This document shows, one piece after another, positions 29,499 to 38,612 of a stretch of DNA of 53,247 nt. Origin of the DNA: Phycisphaerae bacterium (lineage in GTDB: Bacteria; Planctomycetota; Phycisphaerae; Sedimentisphaerales; Anaerohalosphaeraceae); contig JAAYCR010000095.1 of the NCBI GenBank assembly GCA_012729675.1, positions 1 to 53,247 on the forward strand. The letters run 5' to 3'. The position numbers and the translations under genes are program-made. The first letter of the stretch is position 1; the number at the start of each line of letters is the position of its first letter. Under the pieces are notes generated by a model, which saw only the letters and a program-made list of their open reading frames with translations, was not told the origin of the DNA and made no database searches.

Positions 29499-30650
29499 TT
29501 AATAGACCAGTGCGCTGCTGAGCCAGTCGGCGGCGATGACGGCCAAGTCTGTCAGATCGACCCGGCAATCGCCGTTGACATCGCCGGCCGGGGGCGCTGG
29601 ACAGTCGGCTGTCAAGGGTCCGTCGAGCCTGACGGCAAAGATCGCCGGATTGCCGTAACGGTCGTCTTCGTAGGCGACCAGCGTTCCGTCGATGGCGGGG
29701 CGGGTCTGGTTCCAGCCGTCGTCGGTGATGGCGAATTCCTGCCCGGTGATGAGGTTATAGCCGTACAGGTTCCAGACGCCGGAGCGGTTGTCCTGCCAGA
29801 CGACCAAGGGAGCGCTGATGGCGGGGTTGTCTTTTAGGCCGGGGGCGTCGGAAATCAAAAACTCGACCGGATGTTCGGGATTGGACACGTCGGCCCCGAA
29901 CAGAAGATCCGTCGCGGCGTCGATTTGTTCGCGCCAGACGACGTATTTGCCGTCTGTAACCGGCTGGATTTGTTCAATCGCAAACTCCGAGACGACGGAC
30001 AGCAATGGGGCGTTGCGCCGCCAGGCATCGGCCATCAGGATATCGTTCTCGCCGTAATAGTTGTCCTGCCAGACAATACGGCTGCGATACACGTCAGGCC
30101 GCTGCTGGTCGCCTACAAGGCCCGCCACTGTATAGATCAACGGTTTGTTCGGGTCGGTGATGTCGGCGGCGCGGATGTCCCAGTCGGATGCCTGCGTTTC
30201 CGCATCGACATACACATGCTGCCAGACGACCGTATTGCCGTGGACGCGCGGGAACGCCTGGTCGTCTTCGTAGTCGTCTTCGGTAATCGCGACAGGATAG
30301 CGTAAGACATTTTCGGTGTCAGTGATATCCGAGACATAGACATCAAGGTCGCCGTAATAGTTGTCTTCCCAAGTAACCCATGTACCCCAGATGGACGGGC
30401 GGGTCTGGTCGGCGTTCATGTAGGCGACGAAAATCAGGCCGCTCGGGTCGTTGGCCAGATCAACGCCATAGATATCCCAATCCCACTCCAACTGTTCCTC
30501 GTACTGGACGTATTCCTGCCAGACCACGACCTCACCGCTAACCGAGGGCCGCTCCTGACGATTGGTGGTCGGGGACACCTCAAACGGCGTCCATCCCCAT
30601 CCGATGGCTGAACACAGCAGTATGACGGCGAGTTGTGATGTGAAGTTCAT
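29499..30650 (-). CDS. Secreted repeat protein (repeated 'VVWQ…Y' units, beta-propeller-like) with a C-terminal dockerin-like Ca-binding repeat
   Basis: Signal peptide MNFTSQLAVILLCSAIG (ATG 30650; GGAGG Shine-Dalgarno). Internal repeats (…VVWQEYVQYEE…, …VVWQHVYVDAE…, …IVWQDNYYGEN…, …VVWREQIDAAT…, …VVWQDNRSGVW…). C-terminal DVNGDCRVDLTDLAVIAADWLSS resembles a dockerin type-I segment. Confidence 0.65.
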   Translation of the reverse strand: MNFTSQLAVILLCSAIGWGWTPFEVSPTTNRQERPSVSGEVVVWQEYVQYEEQLEWDWDIYGVDLANDPSGLIFVAYMNADQTRPSIWGTWVTWEDNYYGDLDVYVSDITDTENVLRYPVAITEDDYEDDQAFPRVHGNTVVWQHVYVDAETQASDWDIRAADITDPNKPLIYTVAGLVGDQQRPDVYRSRIVWQDNYYGENDILMADAWRRNAPLLSVVSEFAIEQIQPVTDGKYVVWREQIDAATDLLFGADVSNPEHPVEFLISDAPGLKDNPAISAPLVVWQDNRSGVWNLYGYNLITGQEFAITDDGWNQTRPAIDGTLVAYEDDRYGNPAIFAVRLDGPLTADCPAPPAGDVNGDCRVDLTDLAVIAADWLSSALVY

Positions 30651-30737
30651 TGTAAGCCTCCTGAAACAGTGTTGTTCGACGATGTTATAATAAGGATGGG
30701 CGTTTGACGGCCCATCCTTTCTGACTCTTTTTTGCAT

Positions 30738-33032
30738 TTACGATTGCTCGCGTTCCTGCTGCAACTGTGTCGTCAGATTCAGCAGTTTGGCGACGGCGTC
30801 GGCGTTGGCTTCGTCGGCCGCGGCCCGCTGCAGCGGCCCCACCGCTTCGTCCAGCCGACCCAGGCCGAGGTAGTGATAGCCCAGCAGCAGCTGCATATCT
30901 GTATAATCCGGCAGAATGTCGGCTATACGCTGCAGCATGGCGACCTGGGCGTCGAGCGTGGCGTCGTCGGCATACAGTCCGCGCGGATAATAGATCGTCG
31001 GGTCGTCGGCGGGAATCCGAGCCATCGCCGCTCGCAGCACGTCGGCGGCGTCGGGGTAGTTAACCGCCGCAAACAGCGCCTGTACATACGTGAAGGGCAG
31101 GATCGCATCATCCGGCGACAGCTCGATGGCCTCGAGGAACTGCTTGGCGGCATCGTCATAGTTGCCCGCCTCGAACAGCTTGACGGCATGGGCAAACGTC
31201 AAGTCCGCCGCCGTCTCAAAGTACGGCACATCAACTGCCGTCTGTTCGGCCGGCACCCTGACGCGAACATCGCTGAAATCATCCGTGGACGGGTCGAAGT
31301 GATAATCGCCGCCGACGGCAGTCGTCGTGACGCTGCTTGCGGCCGGCGTCGTATAGGTGTTGTATGTATTGTATGTGTTATAGGTGTTGTAGGTTTCCGG
31401 TGCGGTGACCACCTGCGAACCGTACCAGTGGTATGGATGCGCGCCATACCAGTAATACCGCACGTGCCGATAGCTCGGCCAGTAGCCGCCCAGACTGACA
31501 AACAAAAACCTGCGGTGATAGGCGGGGTAGTAGTAGGTGACGCCGTAATAATCGTAGTACGGCACCACCGCCACCAGGCCGCAACTGCGGCTCGACCACC
31601 TATACACAAAGCTGGCGCCGTATGAGTACCAGTACGGGCTGGTACTGATGAGACTGATACTGGTGATCCGCCGCGGCGGAATATAAGGCCGCGGATGCGT
31701 CGTGGTGACCTCGCCCTGAACGATCACATTGTTATTGCCGTTGATGATGATCTGGCTGGAGGAATCGCGCGACGAGCGGTGATGGGAGGACGACCGGATG
31801 TTTTCGGTTGTCAGGCTCGTCGTCTCATTGCTGGCGGGGGTTGAACCCGGCTGCCGAAAGGACGAACGGTCCGTTTCCGTGCGAAGCGATGTGGTTGTTG
31901 TCAGGTCTCTGCCTACGTCCGAATCTGCAGACGAACGGTCGCGTCGTGTGTCGTCGTCACGTGTCCGAGTGCGGTCAAAACCGTCGCGACCGGCGGCGGA
32001 GATCGATGCGGGTGTTACGGCATTCGATTCATTCGAGGCGATCCGCTGTGTGGTGCGATTCGGGCGGTCGAGAGCATCGACCGATACGCGATCCGGTCGC
32101 GACTGGATATCATCGGCGCCGACGCGCACCGGCTCGACCGTCCGCTGGCGCAGAGACTCGGCTCTCTCGCTGCGTTCTGTGGCGGCGGCGATTGTCGGAG
32201 TCGTGCGCTCGATAGAGGCGGCGCCGCTAACCACAACCGCGTCGCTGCGGGTCGTTACGGCGGATTTCTGCGGGGCCGCGCGAACGGCCGTCTGCGCTGT
32301 ATCCGCAGCACGCGCTCGTGACGTATCACCGATGGACTGCACGATGCTGTCGCGGGTTACGCGATCATCCGGTGTGGAGCGCGTTTGCGGCTGTGCGCTG
32401 GGTTGCACCGGGCGAATGGTTGTCGCGATCGAGTCGCGTGTAAAGGACGGTTGCTGTGTTACTGCCGGTCTGGACGCCGCTGCGGCAGCACTTCGCGTTT
32501 GCGTTGCTGACGATGTAACGGCGGGTTGACTGGGCGCAACGGGGACGACGGCTCGTTCAACCGTCCGGGGCGCTTCAGCGACTTGTTGCTGCGGCCGAAC
32601 CGCACTCGTTCGGGTGTTTGTCGCGGCGCTGGAGGGTTGAGCCTGCGTCACAGGGGCAGGTACCCGTGTTGCCGTCGCGGCAGGAGCGGGACGCGCAGTT
32701 TGCGTCGTCGCCGCAGGCTGTCGCGCGGAGGCCGGGGCCGGACGGCTTTCCGTACTCGCCGCCGTACGAGCAGCAGCCCGTGATGAACTCGCCGCCGCGG
32801 CAGGAGCGGGACGCGCACTTTGCGTACTCGTCGCCGCAGGCTGTCGCGCGGGGGCCGGGGCCGGACGGCTTTCCTTCGTCGCCGCGGGGGGGGTACTTTG
32901 CTTACTCTCCGCCTTACGAGCGGCAGCCCGTGAACTCGCCGCCGGGGCGATTGCCGCCGGCAGGATCACCACCATCAGACACACGACCCACGTCAGTTGT
33001 TGCTTTTTGCTTTGCGTTTTCATAGCACACAT
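30738..33032 (-). CDS. Secreted low-complexity protein: Ala/Pro/Thr/Ser-rich repeats, an extremely Tyr/Trp-rich segment, and a C-terminal TPR-like domain
   Basis: Signal/TM LTWVVCLMVVILPAAIAPAASS. Repeated AARTAASTESRPAPA.ARQPAAT units. YWYSYGASFVYRWSS…VVPYYDYYGVTYYYPAYH…YYWYGAHPYHWYG…NTYNTYNTYNTY. C-terminal helical TPR-like repeats (AVKLFEAGNYDDAAKQFLEAIELSPDDA…). The start may be 33032 or 33023. Confidence 0.65.
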   Translation of the reverse strand: MCAMKTQSKKQQLTWVVCLMVVILPAAIAPAASSRAAARKAESKQSTPPAATKESRPAPAPARQPAATSTQSARPAPAAAASSSRAAARTAASTESRPAPASARQPAATTQTARPAPAATATRVPAPVTQAQPSSAATNTRTSAVRPQQQVAEAPRTVERAVVPVAPSQPAVTSSATQTRSAAAAASRPAVTQQPSFTRDSIATTIRPVQPSAQPQTRSTPDDRVTRDSIVQSIGDTSRARAADTAQTAVRAAPQKSAVTTRSDAVVVSGAASIERTTPTIAAATERSERAESLRQRTVEPVRVGADDIQSRPDRVSVDALDRPNRTTQRIASNESNAVTPASISAAGRDGFDRTRTRDDDTRRDRSSADSDVGRDLTTTTSLRTETDRSSFRQPGSTPASNETTSLTTENIRSSSHHRSSRDSSSQIIINGNNNVIVQGEVTTTHPRPYIPPRRITSISLISTSPYWYSYGASFVYRWSSRSCGLVAVVPYYDYYGVTYYYPAYHRRFLFVSLGGYWPSYRHVRYYWYGAHPYHWYGSQVVTAPETYNTYNTYNTYNTYTTPAASSVTTTAVGGDYHFDPSTDDFSDVRVRVPAEQTAVDVPYFETAADLTFAHAVKLFEAGNYDDAAKQFLEAIELSPDDAILPFTYVQALFAAVNYPDAADVLRAAMARIPADDPTIYYPRGLYADDATLDAQVAMLQRIADILPDYTDMQLLLGYHYLGLGRLDEAVGPLQRAAADEANADAVAKLLNLTTQLQQEREQS
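32672..32905. repeat. Two tandem ~115-bp DNA repeats inside the low-complexity gene
   Basis: ggcaggagcgggacgcgca[g/c]tttgcgt…ccgcaggctgtcgcgcg[g/a]gggccggggccggacggctttcc… occurs twice in tandem, encoding the repeated peptide units. A short TACAAC-type hexamer x4 at ~31350-31395 encodes NTYNTYNTYNTY. Confidence 0.6.
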
Positions 33033-33126
33033 GCCTTTCTCCCGTTTGGGCTATTCGGCCGACGGCCGGAGCACCTTGGTTCGGGTTTAACAATTGTCAA
33101 TTTAGACAGATGCCGTGCAATGCTGC

Positions 33127-33597
33127 TTATTTTTCATTTATAACAGTATGTTCCAGTCCGAGAACATTGTCCAAATACTTGACGCCGCGCTGACAGATAT
33201 GAATCACAAGCTCTTTTTCTTCCGGCGTTAACCGGATCGCGTTGAACAGCGCCTGGAATCGCTCGCTGCGCTGTCGGAGGATATTGGCCAGTTCGTCGCG
33301 TCCCTGATCCGTCAGATCGATCAGCGTTATACGCTGGTTTTCCTGACTGATGGTCTTGGAGACGAGTTTGCGTTTCCAGAGCTTGGTCAGCGTCATCGAG
33401 ATGGTGCTTTCGCTGACGTTCGGCCATGCCTCAGCGATCTGCGAGACACTCATCGGCCCGCGTTCGGCCAGTTGCTGGAAAATGAGTGATTCACGTTCGG
33501 TCAAGGCCTCTTCCGGTTCCTGGTCTTCCTGTACCGCCCGAATCAACCGCATTCGAAGACTGAGTTCGTGTATCGCCTTTTCTAAATCCGGACCCAT
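33127..33597 (-). CDS. MarR-family transcriptional regulator
   Basis: A winged-helix MarR pattern (…LTERESLIFQQLAERGPMSVSQIAEAWPNVSESTISMTLTKLWKRKLVSK…); AGGAGA Shine-Dalgarno; the first gene of a minus-strand cluster. Confidence 0.85.
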   Translation of the reverse strand: MGPDLEKAIHELSLRMRLIRAVQEDQEPEEALTERESLIFQQLAERGPMSVSQIAEAWPNVSESTISMTLTKLWKRKLVSKTISQENQRITLIDLTDQGRDELANILRQRSERFQALFNAIRLTPEEKELVIHICQRGVKYLDNVLGLEHTVINEK

Positions 33598-34062
33598 AAC
33601 ATCTCCTGTTCTTCGTTCACTTGTCTTTCTATAATAAAGTACGCTCGACAGTTCGATTATATAACATTTTATTTATTAAACGATTTAATTTTTGAAATAT
33701 CGATTCGCAATCCTCCTTGAGAATAGCTATAAGTTGTTTTATTTAAATAATTAAAGGATCACTTGGCCGATCTGAAATATGTTTGAATTTATGTAAATAT
33801 ATTGTTTTTTCTCAAATTTTTTTGGGAAACTGAGTCGCAGAATCGGCCTCCTGCCATAAATTCACTTTAGGGAACTGCAACATTCGGTATTACGGGCCTC
33901 TTGCCCGTCGGCTATTCGCTGAAACACAGAGCAGATCGATTGAAAAATGGTCGAAAAAAGACTTCAAAAGGGCAAAAGATTTGATATACTTGCGCGACAT
34001 CGGATAATTCAGAGTCTCGATGTCGACCCGGAGTTTGGTAAAATCTTGCTGGTTGTATCGTT

Positions 34063-34134
34063 GCCAACGTAGCTCAATGGTAGAGCACTGGTTTTGTAAA
34101 CCTGAGGTTGGGGGTTCAAGTCCCCCCGTTGGCT
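34063..34134 (+). tRNA. tRNA-Thr (anticodon UGU)
   Basis: Cloverleaf: acceptor GCCAACG/CGTTGGC, D-arm GCTC-AATGGTA-GAGC, anticodon loop tt-TGT-aa, T-arm GGGGG-TTCAAGT-CCCCC. Followed by TTTTTT. A promoter-like TTGATA-16 nt-GATAAT lies at 33981-34008. Confidence 0.75.
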
Positions 34135-34198
34135 TTTTTGTATTTTTATGGTAAATTCTTTTATTCAATGCAGTTAGAAACGAAGGCAACGGGCGTTT

Positions 34199-35074
34199 AT
34201 GGAACAGGCAATCGAAAAGGCCGGCGCGCTGATTGAAGCGATGGAGTACATTCGCAGCTTTAAAGGCAAGACCGTCGTCGTCAAGCTGGGCGGCAGCATC
34301 CTCGACGACGAGCAGCTTCGCCGAAAGTTGCTTCTGGATGTCGTTTTTATGGCCACAGTCGGGATGCGTCCTCTCCTCGTCCACGGCGGCGGCAAGGCCA
34401 TCACCGCCGCGATGAACGAGGCGGGGCTGGAGCCGGTTTGGGTGCAGGGCCGCCGCTACACCGACGAGCGCACGCTGGCCATCGCCGAGCATACACTGGT
34501 CAATAAGCTCAACAAGCCCATCTGCCAGACGCTGACTGAACTCGGCTGCCGGCCGATGGGGTTGCATTCGCTGAGCAGTTGCGTCGTTTTTGCCGAGCCG
34601 ATGCGGCTTCAGGGTGAAGACGGCCGCAAACTCGACCTCGGACTGGTCGGCAAAGTCTTCGATATCAACAGTGAACTGCTGACGACACTCTGCCAGAGCG
34701 GCGTCATCCCGGTCGTCGCCCCGGTCGCCCGCGCCAAGACCGGCGGCAAGCTCAACGTCAACGCCGACAGCGTCGCCGGGAACATTGCCGCGGCGATTCA
34801 GGCCGAGAAACTGGTCGTCCTCAGCGATACGCACGGCATCCGCCGCGACGTCAGCGACCCGGAAAGCTGGATCTCCAGCGTCAGCGAAATCGAAATCGAA
34901 AAGATGATTGCCAACGGCACCATCTCCAGCGGGATGATGCCCAAAGTCGAATCGTGCCTGATCGCCATCAACGGCGGCGCACGCAAGGCCCATATCATCG
35001 ACGGCCGTATCCCCCATTCGCTGCTGCTGGAAATCTATACGTCCAGAGGGATTGGGACGCAAATAACAAAGTAA
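34199..35074 (+). CDS. argB: Acetylglutamate kinase
   Basis: …KTVVVKLGGSILDDEQ…LLVHGGGKAITAAM… amino-acid-kinase fold motifs with full-length ArgB similarity. Confidence 0.95.
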   Translation: MEQAIEKAGALIEAMEYIRSFKGKTVVVKLGGSILDDEQLRRKLLLDVVFMATVGMRPLLVHGGGKAITAAMNEAGLEPVWVQGRRYTDERTLAIAEHTLVNKLNKPICQTLTELGCRPMGLHSLSSCVVFAEPMRLQGEDGRKLDLGLVGKVFDINSELLTTLCQSGVIPVVAPVARAKTGGKLNVNADSVAGNIAAAIQAEKLVVLSDTHGIRRDVSDPESWISSVSEIEIEKMIANGTISSGMMPKVESCLIAINGGARKAHIIDGRIPHSLLLEIYTSRGIGTQITK

Positions 35075-35135
35075 GTGCAAACGTTAAAATCCAATATGTA
35101 AAATTGTGGAGGCCGCCTGCGGCGGCATTAACGAT

Positions 35136-36323
35136 ATGAATACACAAGATGTTATCGCAATGTTCAACGAATACGTCATCGGCAACTACGGGCGGCTGCC
35201 GCGGGTCATTACCAGAGGGCAGGGCAACCGGCTGCGGGACCTGGACGGCAATGAGATTCTGGATATGTTCCCCGGCTGGGCGGTCAGCGGCATCGGCCAC
35301 TGTCATCCCAAGGTCGTCGAGGCCATCCGCAAACAGGCCGGCGAACTGCTCCACATGGACAACACCTTTTACAATATTCCGCAGGGGCAACTGGCAAAGC
35401 TGCTCAGCGAGCGAGCCTTCGGCGGCAAGTGTTTTTTCTGCAACAGCGGCGCTGAGGCCAATGAAGCGGCGCTGAAGCTGGCGCGACGGCACACGGCCAA
35501 GGAAAAATACAAATTCATCACCGCCGAGCGCGGCTTTCACGGGCGAACCTTTGCCGCGGTCACCGCCACGGCGCAGCCCAAATACCACGACGGCTTTCTG
35601 CCGATGCTGCCGGGGTTCGTCTATGTGCCCTACAACGATATCGACGCGATGCACGAGGCCTTCACCGAAGAAGTCGCCGCCGTTCTGATCGAACCGATTC
35701 AGGGCGAAGGCGGCATCCACGAAGCAACGCCCGAATATATGCAGACCATCCGCGATCTGTGCGATGAGCATGGCGCGCTGATGATTCTCGACGAAGTGCA
35801 GACGGGCCTGGGGCGCACCGGCCGCTGGTTCGGCTACCAGCACTATGAAGTGACGCCGGACATCATCACGCTGGCCAAGGCCCTCGGCGGCGGCGCCGCC
35901 ATCGGAGCAATGATGGCACGGCCGAATATCGCCGCCTCACTCGTGCCCGGTACGCACGCCTCGACTTTCGGCGGCAACCCGCTGGCCTGTGCCGCCGGCA
36001 TCGCCGTCATCGAGGCCATCGAAGAAGGCGGCCTGCTGGAACACGCCGTCACGATGGGCGACTATACGCGGAATAAACTTGAAGCGCTTAAAGAAAAGCA
36101 TCCCGTCATCGACCACATTCGCGGCAAGGGCCTGATGCTTGGCGTTCAATTGACCATGCCCGGCGCGGCCATCGTCAGCCGGTGTCTGGGAAAAGGCCTC
36201 CGCGTCAATTGCACACAGGACAGCGTGCTGCGGTTTATGCCCTCGATGGTCGTAACGACCGATGAGATCGACCAGGCGATTTCCATTCTTGACGAGGTCC
36301 TCGGCGAAGGAGAGACGCTATGA
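35136..36323 (+). CDS. argD: Acetylornithine aminotransferase (class-III PLP aminotransferase)
   Basis: …GWAVSGIGHCHPKVVEA… and …ILDEVQTGLGRTGRWF… are hallmarks of ArgD/class III aminotransferases. Start taken as ATG 35136 (MNTQDV…); the track GTG 35106 has no better Shine-Dalgarno. Confidence 0.92.
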   Translation: MNTQDVIAMFNEYVIGNYGRLPRVITRGQGNRLRDLDGNEILDMFPGWAVSGIGHCHPKVVEAIRKQAGELLHMDNTFYNIPQGQLAKLLSERAFGGKCFFCNSGAEANEAALKLARRHTAKEKYKFITAERGFHGRTFAAVTATAQPKYHDGFLPMLPGFVYVPYNDIDAMHEAFTEEVAAVLIEPIQGEGGIHEATPEYMQTIRDLCDEHGALMILDEVQTGLGRTGRWFGYQHYEVTPDIITLAKALGGGAAIGAMMARPNIAASLVPGTHASTFGGNPLACAAGIAVIEAIEEGGLLEHAVTMGDYTRNKLEALKEKHPVIDHIRGKGLMLGVQLTMPGAAIVSRCLGKGLRVNCTQDSVLRFMPSMVVTTDEIDQAISILDEVLGEGETL

Positions 36324-37237
36324 GAAGCTTTCTGACGATTCGGGATTGCACGAGCGACCAACTGAACGAACTGCTGACGATCAGTCACGATCTCAAGAAG
36401 CTCTATAAAAACGGCGGGCGCGACCTGTGCCTGTCCGGCAAGGTGTTGGCGATGCTGTTCGAAAAGACCAGTCTCCGCACCCGCGTCAGCTTTCAGGTGG
36501 CGATGTACGACCTCGGCGGGCTGGCGATTTATATGAAGCCCGAAGACATCGGCGTCATCGGCCAGCGCGAGCCGGCCAAGGACATGGCCCGCGTCTTCGC
36601 CCGGTATGTCGATGGCATCATGGCCCGCACCTTCGCCCACGACACGCTCATCGAGCTGGATCGCTGGTCGCATGTGCCGGTCATCAACGCCTTGAGCGAC
36701 TGGTCGCACCCTTGTCAGGCGATGGCCGATATGATGACGATTCAGGAACACCTCGGACGGCTGGAAGGCCTCAAGCTGGCGTACGTCGGCGACGGCAACA
36801 ACGTCGCCCGGTCGCTGGCGTTTGCCTGTGCCAAATTCAAGATGAAATACGTTGTCGCCTCACCTGCCGGCTATGAACTGGACGCCGAGACCTTCACAGT
36901 CGTCAATCAGATGCGCCCCGGCTGTGCCGAGCAGACACAGGATCCCGTCGCCGCTGTCAAAGACGCAGACGTGATCTATACCGACACCTGGGTCAGCATG
37001 GGCCAGGAAGATGAAAAGGAAAAGCGGCTGCGCGACTTTGCCGGGTTTGCCGTGGATGAAGCCCTGATGCAGCACGCTCCCAAGGCCAAGGTGATGCACT
37101 GCCTGCCGGCCTATCGCGGCTATGAAATCACCGACGGCGTGGCCGAATCGCCCAACTCCATCCTCTTCGATCAGGCCGAGAACCGCCTGCACTTCCAGCG
37201 CGGCCTGCTCAAAAAACTGATGAGCTCGACTCGATAA
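36320..37237 (+). CDS. argF: Ornithine carbamoyltransferase
   Basis: STRTR-type motif (TSLRTRVSF), HPCQ motif and HCLPA motif. Its start overlaps the argD stop (ATGA). Confidence 0.93.
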   Translation: MRSFLTIRDCTSDQLNELLTISHDLKKLYKNGGRDLCLSGKVLAMLFEKTSLRTRVSFQVAMYDLGGLAIYMKPEDIGVIGQREPAKDMARVFARYVDGIMARTFAHDTLIELDRWSHVPVINALSDWSHPCQAMADMMTIQEHLGRLEGLKLAYVGDGNNVARSLAFACAKFKMKYVVASPAGYELDAETFTVVNQMRPGCAEQTQDPVAAVKDADVIYTDTWVSMGQEDEKEKRLRDFAGFAVDEALMQHAPKAKVMHCLPAYRGYEITDGVAESPNSILFDQAENRLHFQRGLLKKLMSSTR

Positions 37238-37244
37238 CGGTACA

Positions 37245-37886
37245 ATGAAACACAAAATTCTGGTTGCTACGACCAATCCCGGCAAGCTTAAAGAGCTGTC
37301 CGAGATGCTGGCCGACTTGGCCGGGCGGATTGCGTGGTTGAGCCTGCGCGATTTTTCCGAAGTTCCCGAAGTTGAAGAAGACGGCGCGACCTTTGCCGAC
37401 AATGCCCGCAAAAAGGCGATCGGCTACGCGGCGGCGACCGGCCTGTGGACGCTGGCCGACGATTCGGGATTGGTCATTGATGCGCTGGACGGCGCCCCCG
37501 GCGTGTTGAGCGCACGCTTCGCCGCCGAGGAGTGCTCAGCCGGCGACCGAAAAACCATTGACCGTGCCAACTACGAAAAGGCCCTCCGGCTGCTCAGCAA
37601 TGTCCCTGACAAACAACGCACCGCGCGCTTTGTCTGCCATCTGTGCCTGGCCGGCCCGGACGAAATCCAGCTGGAAGTGACCGGCTCGGTCGAAGGCGTG
37701 ATTACCCGCGCCCCCATCGGCGAGAGCGGCTTCGGCTACGACCCGGTCTTTTACATCCCCGCTCTCGGCAAAACCGCCGCCCAGCTCGATCCCGACGAGA
37801 AAAACCGCATTTCTCACCGAGGCCGCGCCATCGCCGCCCTGCTGCCGCGACTTGCAACCCTGTTATCCGGCGTCGGTGACTGTTAG
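37245..37886 (+). CDS. rdgB: Non-canonical purine NTP pyrophosphatase (dITP/XTP pyrophosphatase, RdgB/HAM1 family)
   Basis: ILVATTNPGKLKE…, FGYDPVF, and SHRG near the C-terminus. Confidence 0.9.
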   Translation: MKHKILVATTNPGKLKELSEMLADLAGRIAWLSLRDFSEVPEVEEDGATFADNARKKAIGYAAATGLWTLADDSGLVIDALDGAPGVLSARFAAEECSAGDRKTIDRANYEKALRLLSNVPDKQRTARFVCHLCLAGPDEIQLEVTGSVEGVITRAPIGESGFGYDPVFYIPALGKTAAQLDPDEKNRISHRGRAIAALLPRLATLLSGVGDC

Positions 37887-37908
37887 ATATACGCCGCAAA
37901 CATTGACG

Positions 37909-38586
37909 ATGGAAATTAAGGACTTACATCACTGGACTCTGACGTATGCCGAGGCCAGAGCGCTTCAAACACAACTGGCCCGGCAGGTGAAACTGAGACC
38001 GATTGGCCGCTCAATCCGTTCGGTGGCGGGGCTGGATTGTGCCGTGGACAAAAAGGCTGGCAGGATATTGGCCGCAGTGGTGGTGATGTCGTTTCCGGGA
38101 CTGCAAGTGATTGAAACTGCCGCCGCCTGCGCCGAGCTGACGTTTCCCTACGTTCCCGGCCTGCTGAGCTTTCGGGAATCGCCCGTTTGTCTGGCCGCGG
38201 CCGCAAAGCTCCGGACAACCCCCGACCTGTTCCTCATCGACGGCCAGGGCATCGCCCATCCGCGGCGGCTGGGGCTGGCGTCGCATCTGGGCCTTTTCCT
38301 CGACCGCCCGACCATCGGCTGCGCCAAGAGCCGCCTGATCGGGACGTATGATGAACCGGGGCCAAACAAGGGCGACACAAGCCCGCTTTGCGACGGCGAC
38401 CAAACCCTCGGCGCTGTCGTCCGCACCCGTACAGGCGTCAAACCCCTCTTCATCTCCCCCGGTCACCTGTGTACCCTGGAAGATGCGATTTTTGTGACGC
38501 TCCTGCTGACCGACCGCTATCGCCTGCCCGAACCGACCCGTTTGGCACACCAACAGGTGACGGCGTTCAAAAAAAAGAGGTGTTGA
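37909..38586 (+). CDS. nfi: Endonuclease V (deoxyinosine 3' endonuclease)
   Basis: VAGLDCAV…FPYVPGLLSFRE…IDGQGIAHPRRLGLASHLG… Endonuclease V motifs. ATG 37909 (MEIKDL…). Confidence 0.9.
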   Translation: MEIKDLHHWTLTYAEARALQTQLARQVKLRPIGRSIRSVAGLDCAVDKKAGRILAAVVVMSFPGLQVIETAAACAELTFPYVPGLLSFRESPVCLAAAAKLRTTPDLFLIDGQGIAHPRRLGLASHLGLFLDRPTIGCAKSRLIGTYDEPGPNKGDTSPLCDGDQTLGAVVRTRTGVKPLFISPGHLCTLEDAIFVTLLLTDRYRLPEPTRLAHQQVTAFKKKRC

Positions 38587-38612
38587 CGATCTTGTCTTTT
38601 TCTGGATAATCG

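Noticed and set aside
33890-35080. 396-aa minus-strand ORF
   Set aside because: Antisense shadow of argB; it also runs through tRNA-Thr.
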